A stretch of DNA of 64,000 nt from Camelus ferus (lineage: Eukaryota), in the NCBI RefSeq assembly GCF_009834535.1, contig NC_045698.1, positions 9,240,001 through 9,304,000 of the forward strand, given 5' to 3'. The position numbers and the translations under genes were made by a program. The notes beneath the pieces are model-generated. The model was not told where the DNA came from. It saw only the letters and a list, made by a program, of their open reading frames with translations, and ran no database searches. Below are positions 53,701 to 64,000 of the stretch, piece by piece. Positions within the stretch are counted from its first letter, which is position 1. The number at the start of each line of letters is the position of its first letter.

Positions 53701-55240
53701 GCCAAACCTGTTTTTCACAAAGTCATTTATGAGTCCAGATGATTTTAAATATTTATCTCCACTTTTTTTTTTCCATTAACCTACAAACAAAATTATATCA
53801 TAAGACCTTTGGAAATTTCAACGGTAATTGTGATATGCTCTGTGAAATATGAGCTTGTGATATTCCTGATAATGTGTAGTATTTTAAATAAGGTGGTTTT
53901 TACTGATATTTATTTTATTTTTGTTGATGTTGAATTGATGTTTTGTTCTGAGATACACAGATCTAAACAGTGTATTGTCTCCTATGGTAAGCAACCTGCT
54001 GCTGACGCAAGAATTCCGTCCTAAGCAAAGACATGACGGATTGAAACTCATTGTCAATTGTTTGGCAGCTGCATAGGGCATAACTCACAACTCCTATTTA
54101 CACGTATAGGAAGGAGATGAGAGAATTTGAAAAACTGTCTAGATTTATTGTTTGCCATGTGCATGAAAATTGTTTGATTTATTTGGCACATAGCAAAATC
54201 ATTATGTTTTTCAACATTATATTCTTCCCTATGGTGCCCATTTTATAAAAGTTTATCTTTACTATATTGGAGATAGAGGATTTTATACAAAATCACACCC
54301 TGCGATAAGCACTGTCTTGTATTCATGTCCATAAGCAAATGTTTTATATTTCTTTTTGTTATATGGAAACATAAATTCTAAGACATTAATTTGAAAGTGT
54401 CTAGCTGATTAGCAAAGTTGAGTCTACACTATTTGTCTTTCATTGAGAATATTGTCAAGTTAAAATATTTAAGTAATTCATAAAGTAAGTAGGTTCTGTT
54501 TAAATGTAGTTTCTACTTTTTTCTTGCAGCTTACTGCCTAAGGACAGCAAACAGTTCACTAGTGTTACATGCTACAAATCCAAGCTACATAAATAACCCT
54601 GAATATGGGACAGGCACAGCAAAGGGACATTGGGTGCAACACTCTTATTTTCAAGACTGTAGCATGTACAGTTCACTTTGGGAATAACCCACATCACTAG
54701 TTTTATACATAGCCATCAATGCTTATGAAGGGAAGGCCTAGTATTTCTAGACAGACACTAAGAAGTTACAAGTCCATTTAATCTATTGTCACTAATCATT
54801 ATAACTCTTTTCTCTATATTCCACCCAAGAACTTAAGAGCTATTAATGAAGTAATGGGACCTGTAAGATAATCATCACAGAAATATGAGGAGACTCTAGA
54901 AACCCTCCTAGGACCAGATGGAAGAGAAAACAGAGGAGGAACAGTTTTATCTAGGAAGGTGTCTTAGGGATGTTTTCCAAAGCCAGAGAAAACTTTATGT
55001 ATGAGGACAGTTCCAAGAATTCCCAGCTCAGTTGCTCTAGGACCTAGGGAGAACCTAGCCACACGATTCACTTCGCTCTGACACGAAATTCCATTCACCA
55101 GCTTGATTTACTAAAATAACCTTTTAGGGAAGAAGATTAAGCAACCTTGGTTGAGATTTGGATGAAATCCATAACAACTGTTTATATAGTCAACACAACT
55201 TTTCATCCAAAAATATCAACACCCAACAACTAGTATCAAG

Positions 55241-55241
<1 letters not shown>

Positions 55242-55273
<32 letters not shown>
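55242..55273. repeat. (CA)16 microsatellite
   Basis: Uninterrupted run. Confidence 0.97.
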
Positions 55274-55274
<1 letters not shown>

Positions 55275-55289
55275 CCTCCACAATATTCT

Positions 55290-55620
55290 AATAAATATCT
55301 CCAGATTCAGGAAAGTGTGCACCTTAAAAATACAGAATTGTAGCTCATATAAAAAAGAAAAACAAGAGTTTATAAAATACAAAGTAATCTTTTACCATAT
55401 TTGCAACCCAGTAACAGTTCTAAACTTAGAGAACAAAGCAAATGAAGGAGAGGAATTCTGGTGTTACTGAGCACTATAAATAAAAGAAGATTCATACCAA
55501 GATACATCCTGGTAGAATTTTGAACAGTTACAGTAAAGAAAAAAATCCTGAAAGCTTCCAGGGTAGAGGCTACTACCGTGAGATATAAATTTCTAAACTG
55601 CTTACTTTTAGATGGCATTT
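55290..55620 (+). mobile_element. Ancient L1/HAL1 ORF1-region fragment
   Basis: 'tctccagatt...aaagtgtgcac', 'cataccaagatacatcctggtagaatttt', 'aaaaatcctgaaagcttccag'. Confidence 0.6.
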
Positions 55621-56249
55621 GAAGCCTTGACACTGGGTAAGATCATCTAGAGATGCTGCAGACAAGGAAGAACAGAGTCTGTGTTTGACAGCGCTAGGGA
55701 ACTCCAAAATTCAGAGGTTGAAAATATAAATTATATAGAACAAGCCATATAGGAGAGCTGATAAGTAACACAGAAAGTAAAACCAAGATTTTACATTCAG
55801 TTTGTGTGTGTGTAGTGAATAAGCAAATAAAGAATGATACATAGGTATAGAAGATATAAAGTATATATTTATATGTATGTATGTATATATTACTGCTAAA
55901 GAGTCCATTAATATGGAGACAAAGAATGGACAACTGGACAAGACTACAAACTACTTTTACTAGACTAATGGGGATTCCATCGCATCCTGATTAGATTAAT
56001 ATCAAAAAGGAAAGAGAGTTGAGCAAATCACTGTGAACTAATTTTCTTCTGTTTTCCTATACTATGAACCTCTCATTTTCAAATAGTTCAGTTATTTTAT
56101 TCCTGTATTTCCAATAATTATAGATTTTTCCTCCCATTGCTTAATTACATTCACTAGAACTTCCAGAAATACACACAAAAATTTGTGAAATTTATAATCC
56201 GAAGATTATTTCCAGTGGTTCCTTGGCATAGCTGTGGCTTTTTATAAGT

Positions 56250-56490
56250 TCCCCATGTTCCCCCCTAATCTCAGCCTCTGCTGGGGATAGGTTGGGGCCA
56301 TCCAACTATTTCTGGCTCATGAACGGAACAGATTTGAAACCTGCCACTTCTAGGTAGAAGGAGTTAAAAGCCAGTTTCTCTTCCATCCCTCTCTTTCCCT
56401 GCCACCGAAACCTTAGAACCCATGTTTTGAAATGACTGCACCACAATGTAGAAGGAGTGTAGGTCCCTTAATCACCATTTGAAGGAGTGT
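56250..56490 (+). mobile_element. Old MaLR LTR fragment (MLT1J/K-like)
   Basis: 'ggttggggccat...ttctggc', 'gccacttctagg', 'ctctttccctgccac', 'ggtcccttaatcacc'. Confidence 0.65.
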
Positions 56491-56584
56491 TTCACAATAG
56501 ATAACAAAGCAAGCTCCAACTCTTTGCTGTCTACAGAGACACCGAAAGACACAGATACGTTGAACACAAATGATGGAATACTGT

Positions 56585-57034
56585 TGTGTCCATTTTCTAT
56601 TGCTGTGCAACAAATTCCTACAAACATTGCATTTTGTTGTTGTTGTTGTTTTTGCAAAACACTTATCATCCCACAGTTTTGTGGGCCAGAAGTTCTGGCA
56701 CAGCTTAGCTGGGGTTTTTGCCTTTGTCTCACAAAGCTGGGCTCATGTCATCCTCAGAAGTGAGCTCTAGTGGAGAACTTGCTTCCCCAATAGCCCAGTT
56801 GTTGGTACCATTGTTTCCTTTCAGTTGTAGGATTCGGGGCAGTGTTCTTCTCCAAAGCCAGGAAGTGGGGGAAATGAGATGCAAGATGGGTGCTACACAA
56901 TAAATCAAGTGCACGCAGTCGCACTCACCCCATCACCTGGGCTGCATTCTGTTGGTAAGAAGCAAGTGAGAGGTTCTGCCTGTATCAAGGGAAGAGACTT
57001 TCATGAGCATAGATATTTCAAGTCTGTCTGCCAC
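56585..57034 (-). mobile_element. MaLR solo LTR (MLT1F-like)
   Basis: 'ttctattgctgtgcaacaaatt', 'cacagttttgtgggccagaa', 'ggcacagcttagctgg', 'attctgttggtaagaagcaagt', ends 'tctgtctgccaca'. Confidence 0.85.
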
Positions 57035-57044
57035 AAACATATAG

Positions 57045-58040
57045 CCTAAAATCTGTAACCATAATAAGGCTGGGTTGGCTATGCTAATATCAGATAAAAT
57101 AGGTTTCCAAAGAAAACATATTACCAGAGATAAAAAGTTACCGGGGTGAATTACTCAGGATGACATAAAAACCATTGTGTATGTGCTTAATAATAAGACT
57201 TCTAAATAACTGACATAACATTTAACAAAATTAAAGGGGGAAACTGGAAATTTCCATTAATTCAATTGGAGAATTTTTTAACATACCTCTAAGCAATTAC
57301 AAGAACCAGTAGTTAAAAAATCAGTGAAATAACAGAAAACACAAATAACATTATCAACCAACTGACCTAATTGGCATTTACAGAATGTTACATCAGATAA
57401 TGCAGAATGGACATTAGTTCCAAGTGCACATGGTGCGTTTACCAAGATAGACTTCATGTCTATCGTGCCCAAAATAAGTGTCAATAAGGTAAAAGAAATT
57501 ATATCGTACAGAGTATTTCATACTCTCACCAAAATTAAATTTATTTTAAAACAAATAGCAATAAAATAGCTAAGCAAACCTCAAATCTAGTCTAAAAAAA
57601 CAAGCACTTCTAAAAATGTGTGTTAAGGAAAAATTCACAAGATAATATTTGAAAGGATTATGATATAATTAAATATATAATATAATAACTATACAGAATG
57701 ATAATAAAAATCAGTGTAACAAATATTGTGGGATTCAGCTAAGATAGTACTTGTATGAAATTTGTAGTTTGAAGTGTTTCTATGGGAAAGAAGAAATGTC
57801 CAAAATCCCTAAGATCCAAAACCTTGATGGAGCTAGAAAAGTATGAACAAAATACCTTCAGAATGAACATAAGAAAATAGACAATTAAGAGCAAGGGTCA
57901 GTGAAATAAAAAAGATTGAATTTTGATTAAAAATTAATAAGCTAAAAAGTTGATGTTTTGAGATTGATAGAATTGATAAACCTTGAATAGACTGATTGAG
58001 AAAAAAGATCTCTAGACCAAGGTGTGCAAGGGGGAACATT
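57045..58040 (+). mobile_element. Old L1 ORF2 5' (endonuclease-region) fragment
   Basis: 'gctatgctaatatcagataaaatag', 'tgacctaattggcatttacagaa', 'caagtgcacatgg', 'tgtgggattcagctaa', 'aattgataaacct'; no intact frame. Confidence 0.85.
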
Positions 58041-59044
58041 TAAATAAAAATATGACGGTTAAGCTCCTTTGATCCTCTTCTCTCCTTAACTTTTCACAGT
58101 TGTCTGCAGGTGAGTCCCGTTTCTCTTATGACCCATCCTCTACTTAGAAGCAAATCTCCAGACTGATGACGTAGGTGAGAGGCAGCTTCTCCAGAGGCGA
58201 GGTTAACACTATGAGCCAAATCCCCTAGGGCAGGCCTTTAGTGTACTAACTGGAGCCAACCGATTCTGGAAAAATCTTTCCCCAGAATATAAAGAGGGCC
58301 TTAAAGTCACTTATTTTAATCTCAAAACCCTTTATAGTATTTCTGTAATATTTCTCCCAACTTCACGTAATCCTTATGCTCCTCTTTCTCTTTATATGAA
58401 TTCAGTCTTTCTTAATCTTCAGCCACTTCCCATCTACTCAATTCAAGAGAATAAACACAAAAAGCCAGTCATGGTGAGCCTGCTGAAATGAAATTTTTAT
58501 TATTAGAAAGGCAAAAAGAAAAGCATGTTGACATTTAAAAAATGTATCCTCTTACGGAGAACTTACGGTATTATTATGCATACTGTTGATGAAAAATACA
58601 AATACAGCTTTGAAGAAAAGAGTTGAAATAATATGGAATTTGAAGGAAATGTAAGAAAATCAAGTTCCATAGTTGTACATGTGGCAGTTTTTACAAATTT
58701 ACTTGGAAAAGTAACAATTAAGAAAATAAAAACCCAATATCAAGACTAAACTGTGCCTCTTCCCATTAGGCAATCTAATTTTTCAAAATAACATTAAAAA
58801 AAAAATCACACAATGACATCAGGAAAAATAGTATACAATCAATTCAACGAGGTGAAGTAATTCCAGAGAAGCTGCTACTGGGATAAGCGTGTGAACATGA
58901 ATCCTAAACTAAGGGTAGTCAGAGATAGTGAGTCTGTTGTAACCATGGTAACTTAATTTCTCCATACAAATTAGAGTGGGTTGCTTGTTGTCATGCAAAT
59001 AGTGATGAAAATGCCCATCCTTCCTGTTGGCACAGTGGGAAGTT

Positions 59045-59160
59045 AACATACAATTAAGTTCCATGAGAGCAGAGACTTTACCCCATTCATCCTTGTATTT
59101 TTAAGCCCATGGAAGAGTTCCTAGTTTAATGAGTCTTAACTTGACCACTGAATGAACAAG
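59045..59160 (+). mobile_element. L2 3' end
   Basis: 'taagttccatgagagcagagacttt...tgaatgaa'. Confidence 0.65.
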
Positions 59161-59196
59161 GTTTCTTTCCCTGGAGACAGAAGAAGTCATTGGTTT

Positions 59197-59460
59197 TATA
59201 TTAGTTTTCTACCATTACTGTGTCACCACAGTTTTATTTATGGTCTCACAGCTCTGTGGATCAAAACTCTGACCAAGTTTTCAGAGAGCTGAAATCAAGG
59301 GGTCAGCAAGGCCGTGTTCCTTTCTGATGATCTGGGGAGGGATCTTCTTACAGGCTTTTCAAGTTATTAGCAGAATTCAGTTCAATGTGTTGGTAGCTCT
59401 CAGGTTTCCGTCTGCTTGCTGCTTGTCAGCCAGAGTTCACTCTCAAAATCTATAAAACCA
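59197..59460 (-). mobile_element. MaLR LTR fragment (MLT1E-like)
   Basis: 'tattagttttcta', 'tctcacagctctgtgg', 'gctgaaatcaagg..tcagc', 'gcagaattcagttc'. Confidence 0.75.
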
Positions 59461-60639
59461 AGCACGTGTGTGTTTACAAAAGCTGTGGCAGTTTTCTACC
59501 ATATTAGATTGGATAAATGAGAAACTAAAGTTAAGAGATCGAACATAGTATTTTTAAAAATTAGATATTTTATTCATAGAATGCTCCAAGATAAACATCG
59601 TATGTTAAGGCAGTTCAACTCATGTTTAGTTGTGAATGCTGCAAAGAAAGTACAGACTAAAATGGAGTCCAATTGACTCATCGGAGAGAGAGTTCAACAT
59701 GGAATCAAATTGGCTTCTTTTTCTCCATACTGCCGTTTTTCCTTTCCCTTGCTCATGTTGGCTGTGCATATATACTGCTTTCATTTTTTAGTAATTTTTC
59801 TAATTATTTATTTACGTTACCAGTACCAGACTTTGGAAATTAATTCAGTTATACACAGACTTTTCCCTTCTTATACAACAGTATCGAAAGTTTATTCAAA
59901 TACCGAATGGCACTGATTCAGTTCATTGCTACTGAAGCAAAGAGAAGATTGCCATCAGGTAATTTTTGATTTATAATTCATTGTCATGGTAATAAAAATA
60001 ATAATAATATACTTTAGGAAAATAGATACAAGTGAAGAAGCACATTTTAACTACATGCCGTGTGTCCACAATTGATTCTCCAAGAACATCAATTTGTATG
60101 GATTCATGACAATAACCATCTGCTATAAATTTATGTGGAGAGTATTTGGGTGAATAGCGCAGCAAAGCAATTGCTCTAACATCAGACACTTCTCACAGAG
60201 ATACACCGGTGAGCACACAGTCATAGCACACTGGCCCCATACCACGTGCTGTTAATAAAACTGCATTAAGTTTCACTAATAAGAATGAGACTATTTTTTA
60301 CAAAATATTAAAGAAAATGTGCTACATTTATCTAAGTGGAATAAATTTACTTGGAGTTATTATATTAAAATGTAAATGAATATGTACAGTCTTTAGCCTA
60401 GTCAATTTCTTGTGTGATCCAAAAATTATCTTACTGATTCTGTCTAATTTTACTGCAAAGAGGTAAAAATAGAGAAAAATACAATAGGATCTTCATAGTC
60501 TTAAGAAATATTAAATAATAAAAACAAAAATAAATCATCAAAAAGCTTGCTAAATATACACAACTTTATCAATAATATTGTTATCTCATTGATTCCACAA
60601 GTATTATTGAGTGGTACTTTTCTGGAAATTGTATATTCA

Positions 60640-61050
60640 GCATCATTCCAAAGAGTGGAAATACATATTAGGGGGATCAGAACAACCAATAAACAGAATT
60701 AATAAAAATTATTGTATTAGATGATCTAAAATACTATAGAGATATTGAAAAAAAAAGTAGGAGAATGGGATATGGATTATGTTTATGTGCTTAAGAGTTG
60801 GAAGAGGGCACAATTATAAGCAGGGACCAGGGAAACCTGTGAATAAGACTTTAAGGTATAAAGGTAAGATTTGTGAAATTCTGGGAAATGAATTCTAGGA
60901 AGAGGAAGAGCAAATGTAAGTAACTAAGATGAGAGGTTGCCTATGAAGAGCAAGGAGCTATAAAAAAAAAAGCCAGTTTGTTAAAAAAGAAAAAAGAAAG
61001 AAAGAAAGAAAAAGAAATATCCAGTTTGGTTTGAATGGAGTAAGAGGAGA
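60640..61050 (-). mobile_element. L2 fragment
   Basis: 'tatattc', 'tgaataagacttta', 'gaattctaggaagagga', 'gaagagcaaggag'. Confidence 0.6.
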
Positions 61051-61056
61051 AGAGAG

Positions 61057-61242
61057 CAGTGATGTGCTGGTAAATTGACAATCAAAAAAAAAAAAAAAGG
61101 AAAGGCCATAGTTTTTAGTGTTTGTCAATTTCTTGCACCATGATTGATTTCAAGTTACTGCCATGATGTTGTGAAATAAGGAGGTGGGATGAGATGCACA
61201 CTGCCAGCTCTCACAAGGCTGTACCAGTGGCCAAAGCACAAA
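61057..61242. mobile_element. MER63-like hAT MITE
   Basis: Starts with TIR 'cagtgatgtgctggtaaat'; internal 'gatttcaagttac', 'gagatgcaca', 'cagctctcacaag...gtaccag'. Confidence 0.75.
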
Positions 61243-61254
61243 AACCTAGCAGTA

Positions 61255-61907
61255 CCCAACAGGTACAATGAGATGTGTTCAACAAAACTAGTCATTAGGG
61301 AAATGAAAATCAAAACCACAATGAGAAACCACCTCACATCTTTCAGCATGGCTATTACCAAAAAGACAAAAGATGGCAGATTTGACGAAAAGGGAACCCT
61401 TCTAAACTACTGGTCGAATTGTGGGAAAGCATATGGAGGTTCCTTAAAAAATTAAAAAGGGAACTACCAAAGATTCAAGAATCCCTCTTCTTGATACATA
61501 AACAAAGGAAATGAAATCAGTACTTCAAAGAGATATCTTCAGTCTTATGTTCATTACAACATAATTTTTAATAACCAAGATATGAAAACAATCATAGTGT
61601 CTTGGACAGATGAATGGATAAAGAAGTTATGGTATATATAAAGAGAGAGATCTAATGCACAATCTAGTGAACACAGATAATATTATTTTGTTATAATCAT
61701 CAAAATTGCTAACAGACTAGAACTTAATTATTCCAACTACTAAAAAGATATGATAATTACATACTGTGATAGAAGGGCTAATTACAACTACAATGGCAAT
61801 CATGTTATAATTTATAAATGTACCAAATTAACATGTTGTACACATTAAATTTACACAATGTCATCTGTCAAATACATTTCAATAAAAAATTAAAAAAATA
61901 AAAAAAA
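61255..61907 (+). mobile_element. L1MA9-like 3' fragment (ORF2 C-terminus plus 3' UTR, internally deleted)
   Basis: ORF 61189-61455 contains LVIREMKIKTTMRNHLT...MAITKKTK (L1 ORF2p C-terminal motif); ends 'ttcaataaaaaattaaaaaaataaaaaaaa'. Confidence 0.9.
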
Positions 61908-62519
61908 TGTAAAATCATTAAGTTTGCTTGGTATACACCATCCTCTGTGGCCTGACCCCATCTCTCTTATCTCAGGTGTTGTCCCTCTTCCACTCACATT
62001 CCTTGTTGGAAATGGGACTGGCTGTACTTCTGAAAGGCATTCTTCTATTGCTATTTATATTTGTTATTCCCATTGTCTAAAGTTAAATTCTTCCCTTACC
62101 TACATGGCTAACTCTTCTGCGCCTGGGAAAACAAAAACTTTTTCAAGAAAAAAATACAAATTCTTGATCATCTACTTACATAATATAAATAAAGGATTCT
62201 TAGTATTTAACATAAGAAAAACTTACAGTCAGTACTTCATATATGGGACATACTGGAAATTTGTGTCTCTATTTAAAACAGCATACTAAGACCCAGGCAC
62301 CATTTATGCAAATGACTATTTCCTATAAACACCGTGGTAAAAAATCTGGAACTTCAAAACATATAAAAATTATGAGCGTCCAGACAATATAAAAACTGAA
62401 TTTATCCATACAGAAAAAACAAAAACAGGCTGGCTTAAGACTTGTTTTTGGCACATTAAGGAAAAAAATGTATATGTGTGTGTGTGTATGTGTGTGTAAA
62501 CACATTCTTAAATATATGC

Positions 62520-63010
62520 TTGAGTTTAATATGGTACCAGCAAAATGATGCTATCTATTAAGTTATGCTGAGATAATTATTTAACCATATGGGAATCATA
62601 AATAAAAGCTTTACTTACATCAAACACCAGAAAAAATAACTGTATTTAATTTTAGAATCTAACAAGATTTATAAAAGAAATAAAATCTTACAAAAAAGAA
62701 AGACACAAATGAATATGAGCATACATTTAGAGGAAAGGATTCTTCCAATAATCACATGCAAAATGTAAAAGAGAAAATGTTGATGATTTTGACCAATAAA
62801 AATGAATGACATTTACATCATAAAAATAAACAATATTAAGAGGCAAATTACAAATTAAAGGAAAAATGTACAATACGTGAAGAAATGTGTTGATATATTT
62901 AATGTCTAGAGAACCATTTACAAATCATTAAAAGAACAACATCTTGCAATGTAAAATTGGACACAGTTTACATAAAAATGTGTTTCATAAATAAAAGCTT
63001 GATTTCAGTG
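62520..63010 (+). mobile_element. Ancient L1ME-like fragment
   Basis: A-rich; 'aagaggcaaattacaaatt', 'ttgatatatttaat', 'ttacaaatcattaa'. Confidence 0.5.
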
Positions 63011-63431
63011 AGAATAAGAAAATTATACCAGATTTTATTTCCCATAACACTCACCATAGTATTGTAACTGATATCAATAAAACATTTCTAGTTGTTCCCC
63101 ATGCCAGTGGCTTTGATGTCAGTCTTCACTGATCTAACATTTACCTAAATTTGTTTCCACTTGCTCAATAAAGTCTATGGTCTTAGAACTCAAGTAGATA
63201 AATCAAAACAACAGCATTCATAACATAGTATGCCCAAATTTAATTTGGAATTTTTATTAACCGCTTTATCTTTCATAACTATTGAACAAAGTGTGTCTCT
63301 ATAGGCACAAGCTACATAATTTTCAAAATCCTAGCAGAAAATAAGTGAAATAAAGTTGCTATGAATTTAAAGGTGGTTAATAGCAACATGAAACATGTTT
63401 TTATTTAAAAAGTATTTAAATCTTAGTCATT

Positions 63432-63901
63432 TATAGTAGACCAAGTAATATCCACCAAAGATATTCTCGTCCTGATCCCAGAATCTGTGAATATGTTACC
63501 TTATAGGACAAAAAGATGTGATTGCGGACTTTAAGATTAGATGGTGCTGGATTAACCAAGTGGGTCCAAAGAAATCACAAGGTCCTCATAAGAGGAATGA
63601 AGGAGGATCACAGTCAAGAAAATATATGAGGATGTTGACAGACGTTGTAAATGAGAGAAGATGCTGCACTATCGGCTTTGAACAGGGGGGAAGGGGCCAC
63701 GAGCTGAAGGCCTCTAAAAACTGGAAAGGGCAAAAGCATGAGATTCACATGGAGCCTCCAGAAGGAGCCAGGCTTGTCAACGCCTTCATGTCAGTCTAGT
63801 GAGGATGATTCTAGACTTCTGACTTCAGAACTGTAACATAAACTGCGTTGTTTTAAGCCACTAAAATGCGATTTGTTCGAGCAGCATTTGAGACTATTAC
63901 A
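63432..63901 (+). mobile_element. MaLR solo LTR (MLT1D-like)
   Basis: 'ctgtgaatatgttacctta', 'aatcacaaggtcct', 'ggaaggggccacgagc', 'ggagcctccagaagga', 'gacttctgacttcagaactgtaa', ends 'actattaca'. Confidence 0.9.
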
Positions 63902-64000
63902 AGGTAATCTTTTAACTTTGAAATCAGAGAGGCTAACTGCAAAATCAGACACATGATTTTAAATAGAAGTTGTCTTGGATGTGGGAAACTCTTTACAAAG

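Noticed and set aside
121..63799. The short ORFs in the six-frame track as protein-coding genes
   Set aside because: All are 125 aa or shorter, many start at non-ATG codons, many overlap repeats or low-complexity DNA, and none shows a recognisable cellular domain. Only L1 ORF2 fragments are identifiable.
1..64000. CRISPR array, operon or other prokaryotic system
   Set aside because: The sequence is plainly mammalian; no regularly spaced direct repeats or gene-dense ORFs were seen.

Overview
AT-rich, CpG-poor, non-coding mammalian genomic DNA, either a large intron or a gene desert. No protein-coding exon, RNA gene or CpG island could be supported. Much of the window is interspersed repeat: L1 fragments of many ages, MaLR/ERVL LTRs, L2/MIR, the hAT MITEs MER20 and MER63, and microsatellites. 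Two tRNA-derived SINEs and two young L1 3' ends look camelid-type (alpaca/camel), and no Alu, Bov-A/Bov-tA or PRE-1 was noticed. The only ORFs with recognisable homology are L1 ORF2 fragments. Repeat family names come from my recall of consensus sequences, not from a database search, and boundaries of old repeats are approximate. The clearest oddity is a perfect 27-bp inverted repeat (41365-41429) fused to the 5' truncation point of a young L1, which suggests snap-back synthesis during integration. Other leads are two L1 5'-inversion structures, + strand AG|GT recursive-splice-like sites, and SOX/POU/RFX motif clusters in unique DNA. I found no convincing evidence of a new multi-gene biological system.
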